Positions 21,623 to 32,717 of a stretch of DNA of 64,000 nt are shown here, in pieces. The notes under the pieces are model-generated. The model was not told the origin of the DNA and searched no databases. It was given only the letters and a program-made list of their open reading frames with translations. Within the stretch, counting starts at the first letter, position 1. Every line of letters begins with the position of its first letter. This stretch comes from Zancudomyces culisetae HAW-14-8 (lineage: Eukaryota > Fungi > Kickxellomycota): assembly GCA_052426225.1 (NCBI GenBank), contig JBNJNM010000011.1:620001-684000 (forward strand). Direction: 5' to 3'. The translations under genes and the position numbers were made by a program.

Positions 21623-24031
21623 TTAGCTATCGCTCATAGAGTTGACTGTTAAGTTAAAACCGGCTTGTGCATTATTTCCACTTAAGTCATACCCATTATT
21701 TGAGCCGTATCTCTTTCCTTGTGAGATGGGATCATATAATAGTTTGGTAAAATCCAGATTTAAGGAAGAATTTTTGTTCTCGAAGCTGAACAAGTGCTGA
21801 TTGGGCGTCGAAGTCTTATTTTTATATATTTCTTTAATATCCTCACTCAAGATGGTATAGAAAGTACGCTCAAGCATCTTTTTGCACTGATTAAGCAGGG
21901 TGATATTTTGAGGACATGCGTTAAAGTCGACAACCTTTACATAAAAGTCTTTGGGATCATCATCCAGGGTTGGATCATTGGTTGTATGAGAAATGTGTTT
22001 CTCGGATGACTGATCTGATATGCTCAAGCTTTTCAATGACAAGCGGAGTTTTTCTGATTCCTTGATTGTTGGTTTCAAATCTATAGTCATTATCATTCGC
22101 TTATCAACAGCTTCGCTAGCCAAAGTAGATGAAAATGTATTATCTCTGTTCAAATTCTCCTTTGCAGCGATTCTACTTAATAGAAATGGATCATGAACCT
22201 TTGGGTTGAGTGTACTGTGGCAACATGCTCTTTTTTGATAGCTACTTCCATTTGGAACCATCCAAGGATTGTAGTCATATGAAGAAAGCATTGTTTTTGC
22301 AAAATTTGGAGGAATGTTTTTAAATTTGACATTGAAATTATCATAACTTTTCTTGACATCAGATATGTTGTTAAGTAGATACAAATACAGCTTGGCTATT
22401 TTGAATGTCGGTTTGAGTCTTTCAAAGTACTCGGATATCACCTTTTTCCCATTAATTATAGCATTGTATCTACTCAGGTTTTTGATATATTCCAAGTTGG
22501 TGAGATGCCTGAAAACTTGTGAGGTAAATAAAATCAACTCTATATCAAGTCGTTCAGTAGGAATATTTGACATTAGCCAGTATAAAACCTCCAAAAAGCG
22601 AATTACATTTTCAATTAGAATAGCTTTTGCTGACTTTACCCGCTCAAAAGGAATAGTAGCATCTTTATAATATGCTATCTCTGAACAATTGAGATGAAGG
22701 TTCGTCATGCAAGTGTTTAGAATCAGTACACAATATTGTGTTACAAAATGCCCGATGTTCATCGTGTTTACTATATCTGGATGCCGAATTGAAAATGCTA
22801 ATATGTTTTCCAACTCATTATGGAACTGCACCACTGCCTTCTTCTGAAACTCTGTGGCGTCTATGAACAGCTTCAAGTAACATCGATAATCTCTATCGGT
22901 ATCCTTTGCTATCATAATATCTCTTCGATTAATAAATGTCACAATCTCAAACTTTATCTTGAACAACATAACATACGAAGCAAATGTATCGAGCTTGAAC
23001 CCCCCACGACTGCTTAAAAGAACGTCGCCCTTATTCGCAGACTTGGCTTTTGGCAGCATAAGATTTGTATCACTATGCCATAAGCGATCGGTTCCGGGTA
23101 AGTTTGCGAAAATGTCTTTAAGCTGTATCGGAGGTTGAACCGATATTGCCTCGGAAACATATATGCTGTGAATATATAAGCACCACCAAAGACGTCTTTT
23201 GAGTTCCTTTTCCACTATCAAACTCTCGCTCTGGTTAGTGGAACTACCAGTATAATAATCATCAACCCTGTGCAATCTCATCGAAATAGCTAGCCTGGTT
23301 GCTAAGTGTAGATACTTTGTGTATTGTGTTAGTATCCCAAGCGTAAGATAATATCTACTCAAGATCATCATTGTCCATATACCCAAACAATCTGGATTAA
23401 CGAGCACCTTTTCCATATGCCCAGTAGCATAATTCAACGTCCTTTTACGCTTCTCTTCACCAAACGCTTCAAAAAACTTATCGTTCTTTAATACAGTTGA
23501 TCCCATCAACAAAAGAGTACAGACCACGTATTTTGGCACTTGGAAACTCTTTACGTTTTGTATAAACTGGGGAATCCTTACAACATTCGCAATCAGAGGA
23601 TAGCGATAGATAAACCTATCCATGAGTTCATCTATCACATCTCGTAAAAGTCTTGATAGCTCTATATCCTCTGAATCCCTACCGATGGTACTTTGGATGT
23701 TTACACTGACAATGCAGACATCTGTCATTAAGTTCTTTGTTTTATGCTTCGCATTGTGACCAAGGTTTCTCTTAGAAGCAGTTTTCATTTTTTTGACTTT
23801 TTTGTCCAATATTTCAACCTTTTTTTCAATACCCGCAAGCTTTCCATGCAAAACCTCATTCACGGATCTCTTAATAACTTTCTTTTTCTCATTAAGCCTG
23901 AACTTTATTATGTGCATTTTATAGGTACTATCAGTACTTGATCTCACCGCTGCTCTTTTGCTGTTGCTGCTGCTGCTGCCGCCGCCGCCGCTATCAGCAG
24001 ACTTTTTACCTTCGGATTTTTTTCGAGTCAT
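21623..24031 (-). CDS. Fungal-specific transcription factor (Fungal_trans/middle-homology domain) protein without an evident Zn2Cys6 cluster
   Basis: 802-aa ORF with LATRLAISMRLHRVD and EKELKRRLWWCLYIHS..NLPGTDRLW; basic N-terminus. Confidence 0.75.
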   Translation of the reverse strand: MTRKKSEGKKSADSGGGGSSSSNSKRAAVRSSTDSTYKMHIIKFRLNEKKKVIKRSVNEVLHGKLAGIEKKVEILDKKVKKMKTASKRNLGHNAKHKTKNLMTDVCIVSVNIQSTIGRDSEDIELSRLLRDVIDELMDRFIYRYPLIANVVRIPQFIQNVKSFQVPKYVVCTLLLMGSTVLKNDKFFEAFGEEKRKRTLNYATGHMEKVLVNPDCLGIWTMMILSRYYLTLGILTQYTKYLHLATRLAISMRLHRVDDYYTGSSTNQSESLIVEKELKRRLWWCLYIHSIYVSEAISVQPPIQLKDIFANLPGTDRLWHSDTNLMLPKAKSANKGDVLLSSRGGFKLDTFASYVMLFKIKFEIVTFINRRDIMIAKDTDRDYRCYLKLFIDATEFQKKAVVQFHNELENILAFSIRHPDIVNTMNIGHFVTQYCVLILNTCMTNLHLNCSEIAYYKDATIPFERVKSAKAILIENVIRFLEVLYWLMSNIPTERLDIELILFTSQVFRHLTNLEYIKNLSRYNAIINGKKVISEYFERLKPTFKIAKLYLYLLNNISDVKKSYDNFNVKFKNIPPNFAKTMLSSYDYNPWMVPNGSSYQKRACCHSTLNPKVHDPFLLSRIAAKENLNRDNTFSSTLASEAVDKRMIMTIDLKPTIKESEKLRLSLKSLSISDQSSEKHISHTTNDPTLDDDPKDFYVKVVDFNACPQNITLLNQCKKMLERTFYTILSEDIKEIYKNKTSTPNQHLFSFENKNSSLNLDFTKLLYDPISQGKRYGSNNGYDLSGNNAQAGFNLTVNSMSDS

Positions 24032-26459
24032 TATAAAAGCTAAACTCAGAATACAGGTTCAGAATGGACTAGTTTATATATGATAATACCAGCTGTTACC
24101 CATTACCCAGCTCTGTATTTATATAATATTATTTTTACTCTTGGGTTCATGACTGATTTATTTTTATTTTATGTTTGGAATGTGAAACTCGTTATTTCTA
24201 TTTGCTTCTTTTTTTTTTTAGCAAACTTAACTAAATTAGGAATAGAAAAATAAATGCATATCTTTGAACATTAGTGAAATAAAAGATATTAAGGCAATCT
24301 GGAAACTAGGCGGGATACTCAACCCGGTTTAATTATTTACCGCACACATACAATCCAAAACCGTAAGGAGTATTTTCACATCTTGATTAATGTATTGGTG
24401 TTTATGTAACCTCAATCTAAAAATACCGGTGTAGGAGTAGATTCTCCTCTGGCAATATAAAAACACACCATAGCTTGCCAAAAATATCTACCGCTTTTTT
24501 CTCTCAGCTAACTTTAAGTTCCCAAAACCACCAAACACAATAATTCTATACACTCAGTTTCACTGGTGTTTGTATAAAAAGCAGTCATATTAGATACTAC
24601 TCTGTGAGATATTGGGACAGTCCAGAAAATAATGAACCAGTACTCAGCTTTTTACTTTTTCCAGCTGTGGCAGAGCGTGAACTAATATACCAAAGTGTAC
24701 TATTTACACAATCAAATGGGGTTATCGATTCAAAACTTCAGTTGGAATGTGATCCTTTATTGTAAAAGCATACCCGAAAACGAATATATTGTTTCAGATA
24801 TTTACATGTTAAATATTGCCATTCATAACTACGCCAATAATTTACTGTAGTTGTATCTGAAGATGACGATGAATAAATATGATTATTTGGAAAAAAAAAA
24901 TAGTAAAATTTTTATCAAATTCCAAGTATTCTAATATCGCTGGAATGTTTAACTCTATGCAGGTAATATTACATTATATTTCATCAAAACGCATTATATA
25001 CGCAATTGGCATTAAAAATTAACTATTAGTATTTGAATGGTCAGAAAGCCCATAGGATGGATAATAAGAAAAAGCAAAAGTACCGCAATTCATAAGCCAA
25101 CTTCATTAACAATGTACTATTTTATTTCTTTAATTTTCAACACCAATACCTTGTTACGCTCATAAGCACCAAAAACTGAGTCTAAAAACTGCGCCTCGAA
25201 TATACATCTTGCAACACTTATTAACGAAAAAAATTCGTGAGTTAAACAGCGTTGTAGTGCCATAAAATAATGGATGCTATAATTCACCATTGAACTAATT
25301 CACAAGCTGCTAATATGAAGCGGTATCTGTCTGAATGTTGATAATAGGTATGTACCTATTTTATCCAAAATATCAACAAAATGCTGCTGATCCTATATAC
25401 ACTCGGTGAATCCGGGTGAGTATAAACTTCAGCTCGCTAAACTCTAGCTTTTATCTCTTGCCTTTTCCAAGAACTAGATGAGTTTCGAGGCATGCCTTTT
25501 TCAAATATCTTTTCTTCCTTTTGCATAATATGCACAAAAAAAAATTGTCATGGTTCATGCAATTAAGATTTTTTTGGCTTCGGCTTAACCAATTAGTTGT
25601 CTGTAGAAAAAAAAATCAACGAGCCATTGGGTAATTGTAAGTCACTCAACATTGCGAAATAAATCCAGAAAAATTCGACCATTTTTCCTCAATATTTATG
25701 CTTTTTCGCGAGTTTTAAAACGAGTTTGCTAAAGGTCAATAGATTTATCAGCTTAACAACACAAAGAGCTCGTTTAAGTTTCATTAGCTTTCACCAAACA
25801 CAAAATACACAATCAAATTCTGCTATCTTGAGCTTTTATTGAATAAGTTCATGGTAAAAATATATATTGAATTAGTAAAATTGTGTAAAATTGCGTAAAA
25901 TTGTTATTGAATAAATGCCGTAAGTCATGAGTCGGATACATCTGGCCGTGGTGCTATTTTTTAAACAAGCAATACTCACTTGATGAACTATTTAGATGTA
26001 TACTAACAAATTAATTACGCATTAGTTCAATAGCAAAGCAATACTTGGACTGAATGAATAAAGTTTAAAGCTGATAGACTTTATCAACAGAATCTTATAA
26101 ATCACTCTATCACCATTTAAGTGAACAATCCCGAATTAAAATAGAGTACCAAAAGATAAATTTAAAAATAAACAACCTGATGTTAATGTGCTCTCTGGAG
26201 TATTTATATTTTCACATAGCCCGTGCATTATATCAGTTGTCTGATGTATGTAATACACCAAAAATCACTGAAGTATCACTTTTATTTTATAGTGAGATGT
26301 GCTAGAAATAACTGAATATATACTTTACTCTAGTTTTAATAATGTTTATATATAATAACCACGATTGCGACTGAATGAAGTGTTAGTGTAATAATACCGA
26401 AAAAAAGTAATATATATATATATATATATATTAGAGTATTAGCATTGACAATAGATAAT

Positions 26460-26900
26460 ATTTGGAGAGAGTTACTTATAAAACTAGTGTAATTGGAAAT
26501 GTTATATATGCAACTACTGCATTTATTGATGATGGAGAGGTGTTCAAGGTAGATATTGATCCCTGAATAAGCAGGATAATATAGCAAGTGATGCCTCAGG
26601 TACAAAGTATATGGATACAATTTCAGAGATAGCTGATGAATTTGAGAAGTGCCAACATGATTATATCAGCAAGTATTAAGTGCAGTAATAGATTTGTTGC
26701 AGAAGAGATGCAAAATCAAGCAAAGATAGAACAAAAAATTTGCTGATTTTGATTTATATCAATACGATGATATATTACTACCTAGTATAAACTTAGTCGT
26801 ATCCTTGAATGTGACTCCAAGAACAGCTGTCCAAGAAGAATATATTGAATTTATAAACCTCAAAGTGGAAGTATTTCACTCAGTTACTATTTCTTTAATA
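26460..26900 (+). pseudogene. Possible decayed coding relic (frameshifted protein-like segments)
   Basis: Consecutive purine-rich segments in shifting frames (LERVTYKTSVIGNVIYATTAFIDDGEVFKVDIDP / LNKQDNIASDASGTKYMDTISEIADEFEKCQ / FADFDLYQYDDILLPSINLVVSLNVTPR); no family recognised. Confidence 0.3.
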
Positions 26901-29090
26901 TAACGGCTAAATAGAATACTGAGTAATTATTGAACTAAATTTTAATTTGTGGTATGGGTTGGGAATATGAACGTATAGCACCACATGTGATCCTGAGTAC
27001 GAAAAGATATAACTACGCAGATAAATGAAAAAAACTTTAGCGGATATAATCATTCAGACAATAAATAAAGTAATCCTTTAACATGTCTGCTGTAAACTCG
27101 AAGGATTGCCAGTTTTTATGAATATATGGTTAAACACATACTGGTAAGTGATGTTGTGATACTTTTAAATTGGGTGACGTAACTTTAAAACAAAATGAAA
27201 AATTAGTGTAGAAAATGAAATATCCGATAATATATATCTACTTGTAATTACTGTATTGAACACACATCTGAACAGCTAATTGATACTGTATTAACTGTTT
27301 AAAAGTGAAAATATACTGTGTATTAATCACTAACTCAGCAAAAATGTAAAGAAATTGCACGTCAACGCTCTCTTTGTGGAATGAAGTAGAGTTGGAAATA
27401 TTGGGATTTTGAAACATGCTTTGTTAAGGGCAAAGAGTAAATACGTGTTTGGTTAGTGGGTGGTCTTAAAATTTCGTCTAAAAACGGAAATTTTGAAAAG
27501 TTACGTTCTAGTATAGTGTTTGTGTAAACGAGATTTGTGAATCCGGTTCATAGAGAACTAGTGGCACTGTGTTGAAAAATGTCCTCACTAGGTCAAGTTA
27601 AGTAAAACACTGGGATCACGTGTGTGCAGAGAAATATTGGATAGGTAGATTTATTGTTTGAAAATGAAATCAGCCTGTTTACAGTGCAATTATATAGGTT
27701 AGGCTTGCAAAACAAACATTTTGGAAGTGTAGAGCTACTACTCCAATCAATTATAACGTATCAAAACAAAATAGTAGAGTGTGTTGATTCAGCATATGAA
27801 CAGAACGACCATGTGTTTATAGAGGTGTATATTGATCAAATGCTATAAAGGTAATGAATTTTGTTTTGGGGATACTAATTGGCTTATAAGGTGTTTACAT
27901 GGTGCGACGCGTGTGATATAATGCCGTATATATTAGACAATTTTACTAAATTTGTACATTCACGTTTATATCCAATTGTGGCACATTAGCCTGCCATCAG
28001 TTAGCTGGTGTAATACAGCATGATCTAGGACAGTTAGATAGATTAAGCTATTGATAATTTAAACCGAATATGGTCAATTTATACATTTGACGTATTTTAT
28101 AAATTAGTTGTGGAGTACAACCCAGAGTCTTGCATGGTATATATTTACAGATAAAATCATCTTTTCATTTATCTAGCAAACATAGATTTTTTTGGATTTA
28201 TGAATGTAAATTACAAATAATGTGCATCTACTCAAGTTTGCTAATAAAAAACCAAATATTGGATTATAGAGCTCGATTAAAAATGAAAAGTTTAGTGTAT
28301 TGCAAGCAACAAAATACTTGTGCTTTAAAGAAATTCTAAAATGTTAATAGAGTATTCTCATATATGAAAAAAGCGAACTTATTTAGTCTGTGCTATACAT
28401 ATGAAAAAAACAAACGGGAAATATTTAGATTTGGACCTGAATTTGAATGAATTAGATGATGTGTTAAAGCAAACCAGTACAGCCCAATCGAATATGAGTT
28501 AAATAATCTATACAATTTCTGTTGTACAAATGTGTATACACAAAGCTGAGCTGAATTGTTGAAAAGACAGTTGAAATTGAGATCCGAATTGATAAATAAC
28601 CTAAACCCGAGTTCTTTTTTCAAAAATTGGCCACATAAATGCATCAATTTTTACATTTTCAGGTAAATCTAAAACCTGTTCTAGACTTTTTTTACATACA
28701 CCCTTGAGTAGTTGGTAAACCATAATATCGGAATTATCTAATATATCTTTTGCAGATGAAATGACGTGTTGGTACTGGAATATATCCAAAACGCTATGAA
28801 CTGAAATTCCGTAACGAAATGAACAAAAGTGTGTTCCTATCCAATACATGATCCAACTACTGTATTGTGCTGTTATATGTGTTAGTAGTTGGCTATAGTA
28901 TAACATGTATGTTAATTTGGTCGAGTATTTGACTCGGTACAATTGAAAATATTTTTTTGGGTGTTTGGTTTATTGAGCTTTCGGAGTCTCGCTTTGTTTA
29001 GAATTGCTTTTAGAAAAGTTAGTTACTACCAGCATTCCTAGAATATTACTTGGTGTGGAGTGCAAATACAGCATATACCCACTGCTCCAG

Positions 29091-29146
29091 AGTTTTGAGT
29101 TTTGAGTTTTTAGTTTTAGCTTTAGTTTTAGTTTTAGTTTTAGTTT
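29091..29146. repeat. (AGTTTT)n-type microsatellite
   Basis: agttttg/agtttt tandem units. Confidence 0.8.
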
Positions 29147-29752
29147 TAACAGTATAGTTGATAACATGACTAAAAGATACTTTTACCATTATTGGGACAG
29201 TTCAAACTAAAAATGGATAAAGCCTAGTGAAAAAATACTTGGTTTGGTTATTCATCTAGAAAAAACAGATATCCAGATTCCAAAGAACTATTGGGTATTT
29301 GTTTACATTTGAACAATGATTCAGCCTCAAGTATATAAATGAAATTGTGGATTCTGGAATACACAATATAGAACAAAAACCTTGAATATAATAGGCAAGG
29401 CGACGCATATCCAGACAATAAACAGTCCAAGGAAGTTAAGAACTTTGTTATGCAGTTCAGATTATTTTGGGTACTCACCAGTAGCATCCACAGAATGGTG
29501 ATCCATTTTTTTTATACGAAAAAGGGGCCAATAAGTTACCAAAAATTAGCTAACACGGGTTTGAGTCAAAAAAAAAGGAGGCAAAAAAAAAACTGTGCTA
29601 GTTTGAATATATGCTCTAAACAATACAAGCAAATACGTTTTGGAGTCATGTTTATATGTGCTGTAGGAATACCTTTGTTTAATATTTACAAATAACTAGT
29701 TCATTTAGTTGCGCAAATATGATATGCTAACAGTAACACGAGAAAAAACACG

Positions 29753-31546
29753 ATGGAAAAGCACACGTATTACGCACTAATGCTCGCCAAACAGGTCCTT
29801 ACTGATTGGGTAATTATAGGAATCGGACAGAGTGTGACCTTCAGTTTACTCCACCAACACATACAACTGGTTTTAGGACTTGTGCTGAATGGAATTATAA
29901 CTATACGGGTTATATGCTTGGTATGGTGCAATTCTGTGAAGGAGCGAAGTGAAGGAGATACCTATACTTATACCTTAAATGCATCATATACAGAAGCACT
30001 TGTTATAGTATGTTTGAGTATAATAAGTAGTAGAATATTGATACGAGGAATCAAAAAAAAAGTTATCGAAAATATGCAGAGTCAAAAGCGGGGAGTGGTG
30101 AAAGTTCGGGAGCTTGAGGAGGTACTAAAGGAGGGTGCACAGTTTGAAGGAACAGTATCAAGTAGGAGTGGAGAAAAAGGTAGTACAGAGGTATTGAAGC
30201 TTGAAGACCCTACAGAACTCAATCATAAAGTATTTTTGTCAACAGGATATGCAGGGGATAAGATGTTTGTAATAGGGGGGAAGTTTATGAGGGAGTTTAT
30301 AAGCCTTCCAGCAAAGATTTTTAATGTATCAAGAATATACTTTACAGGATTAGGATTGTATTATGCGGTATGTCTGGAGAATGAGGCGGGAAAATATAAA
30401 AGATATGGAATGCTTTTTTCATATTTTATATCCAAGATAGATTTACCGGAATCAATAGATACATGCCAAGACGCAATCGCACGAATAATTAATTACGAAG
30501 TTAGTAAATATATAAAAAACAAAGATACTGGGGCAGCAATATTTAATGTTGAAGGGATGTTGAGGAATATAGTTTTGTATGCGTTATTACTTCGGTATTT
30601 TGGGAAAATGGGTATAGTGAATCATCAACTGTTTCAAACAATCAAGAACTTTACATCTAAGCCGGTATTTCCTTCAAAATACAATTGGGTTAAGGCAGCG
30701 ATATTCAAATACAGGTTTATCCGAGAGAATTATTTGACAAAGTATTTAGAAACAGCAGTTCTACTTCGCACAAACCACCTGAAACGGACACTACCGCGAG
30801 ATTTAGTACAATTTTTAGCTTCAAACAAGGAGTGGTTTGATCAAAAGGATGCACATATTATTTCATATTCGCTATTGCTGGTATTAAGAACGGGAGTAGA
30901 TTTATGTTCGCCCAGGTTGTACGGGGCTCTTACAGAGCTATCGCTACGCAAAGATGTATTATTAGAGTTACGAAAGGAGCAAGAAGATATAATGGCGAAG
31001 TACGGATCCGATTTAAAGTACGCACAGTTGGATCAAATGGTTTATCTAGATGCATTCATTAAAGAAGTTTGTAGATTATCAGCTTCAGCAAGATTTCTAT
31101 TTCGTAGAGCAAATTGCGATATTACGTTATCTAATGGAGTTACTATACCTAAAGGCGGATATGCAACATTTAATATGCATTCGTACAATAGAACACATTC
31201 GTTTTTTGGAAAAAACTCGGCAGAGTTTGATTATAAGAGACACATCCGAGCGGGCGCATCACTCAGCGACTGTTCTCCTTATAATTTAATATGGAGTGCG
31301 GGACCTAGGATCTGTGTTGCACGAGAATATGCGGTAGCGATTTTAAAAACAATACTGGCAATATTCATTCGAAACTATTCTATTGAGAATCTGCTAAAAC
31401 CGCCTAAAGGATGTGGATACACTCCGCTTGATTTCAAACTTGGGGCATTCGGGCTTTATTTAGAAAGGCTAGATGGCCAAAAAAACAAAGCAAAGCATGC
31501 AGCTAAAGGTACTTCTAAGAAGAATAGAGCAAAAGTTGAAAAGTAA
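29753..31546 (+). CDS. Divergent cytochrome P450
   Basis: K-helix YLDAFIKEVCRL (ExxR), DITLSNGVTIPKG, heme loop WSAGPRICVAREYA, LRKEQE after the I-helix; hydrophobic N-terminus. Confidence 0.88.
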   Translation: MEKHTYYALMLAKQVLTDWVIIGIGQSVTFSLLHQHIQLVLGLVLNGIITIRVICLVWCNSVKERSEGDTYTYTLNASYTEALVIVCLSIISSRILIRGIKKKVIENMQSQKRGVVKVRELEEVLKEGAQFEGTVSSRSGEKGSTEVLKLEDPTELNHKVFLSTGYAGDKMFVIGGKFMREFISLPAKIFNVSRIYFTGLGLYYAVCLENEAGKYKRYGMLFSYFISKIDLPESIDTCQDAIARIINYEVSKYIKNKDTGAAIFNVEGMLRNIVLYALLLRYFGKMGIVNHQLFQTIKNFTSKPVFPSKYNWVKAAIFKYRFIRENYLTKYLETAVLLRTNHLKRTLPRDLVQFLASNKEWFDQKDAHIISYSLLLVLRTGVDLCSPRLYGALTELSLRKDVLLELRKEQEDIMAKYGSDLKYAQLDQMVYLDAFIKEVCRLSASARFLFRRANCDITLSNGVTIPKGGYATFNMHSYNRTHSFFGKNSAEFDYKRHIRAGASLSDCSPYNLIWSAGPRICVAREYAVAILKTILAIFIRNYSIENLLKPPKGCGYTPLDFKLGAFGLYLERLDGQKNKAKHAAKGTSKKNRAKVEK

Positions 31547-31691
31547 ACTTACAATTTTTAGAAAAAAGAAAAGGTAAAATAGATAGACGTTTAGAAATTT
31601 TGGTATCAGTTTGTGTGTATATAAACAGAACAGTCGTGTAAAATATGTTTAATAGCTAATATTTCGAATTCACTATCACTTTTGAGATGAG

Positions 31692-32270
31692 TTATTTTTC
31701 ACTAGATATTAAAGTGTCCAAAATTTTTGAATAGTTTTCTACAATGGTTTGGCATCTCCGCTCGCTGGCCAAGATCGGAAGAATTTGGGCCAATAGCTTC
31801 CGCTTTGGAATACCCAGCAGCGAACAAGCCCAAGAATGTAGGCCTGACTGTGACAGTTCAGATTGTTGAGAGGTGGTGTTCATGGACCCAGAAGATATGG
31901 GAAGTGTTTCAGTAGTACTTTCTTTACAGGTTGGTGGAGAATTGATAGGATTGATAGATTTGGCAGAGTTGGCAGAGTTGGTAGTTGTAGGGCTCGTAAT
32001 AGTCGAGTATGATGATGAAGCTAACAATCCTTTGGTATTTGGTGGGCCTAATAAATCACTACACAAGGCTGAAATCCGTTCGGCGGAACCATTTGTAGCA
32101 AGCCAACGCGCATAGAGGTTTAACCAATAGACCATTTCTTCAGGACAACCGAATGCCTTGCTATTTAGGTACTGCGATTCTACATGGCTTAGGGTTAATT
32201 CATCAGTGGTTTTCCTATCTAAAGTGGATTCGTGCTCAATAGCCGTATCCATAGTGTGTGAATGGTTCAA
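31692..32270 (-). CDS. C-terminal helical module of histone chaperone HIRA/Hir1 only (no WD40 region)
   Basis: TLSHVESQY..EEMVYWLNLYARWLATNG..RISALCSDLLGP..W..SLLGIPKRKLLAQILPIL..RRCQTIV parallels the HIRA C-terminus (TLAYLENQ..EYRHWLLVYARYL..EICKDLLGP..W..VVGLRKRELLKELLP). First in-frame ATG at 32252. Confidence 0.8.
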   Translation of the reverse strand: MNHSHTMDTAIEHESTLDRKTTDELTLSHVESQYLNSKAFGCPEEMVYWLNLYARWLATNGSAERISALCSDLLGPPNTKGLLASSSYSTITSPTTTNSANSAKSINPINSPPTCKESTTETLPISSGSMNTTSQQSELSQSGLHSWACSLLGIPKRKLLAQILPILASERRCQTIVENYSKILDTLISSEK

Positions 32271-32717
32271 TAGGCCAGCTAGTTGGTATGCTGAAAATTG
32301 GCTGTTTCTAGCGAACCGTCCTCATGTCAACTACTTGTTCCTTATATATTTATTTGTTTTTAGCTTATGAGATATTCATCTATTGTGTATTTTAGAAGAG
32401 TTCAGATTTTAAAAGCATTACACAACAGTATACTTAACCATATTTAACAAATTAATAAAAGATTGAATTTGCTACTGATTATCGAACAATCACAACATCG
32501 TTAATATTATTATTTTTGATTAGAACCATTTTGATTTGCTAATCATAAATATTATTTTTTTTGCATTTGCATTTAGAGGTTGCAAGAACCGATAAAAACA
32601 TGCACAGTATTTGATATATAAAACTTGATAACCATATTTACTAATCCTAAAATTTATCATTAGCACACAAATAATTTATCTTCCGACGGATAGTGGTGGG
32701 AGAATCATATTACATAA

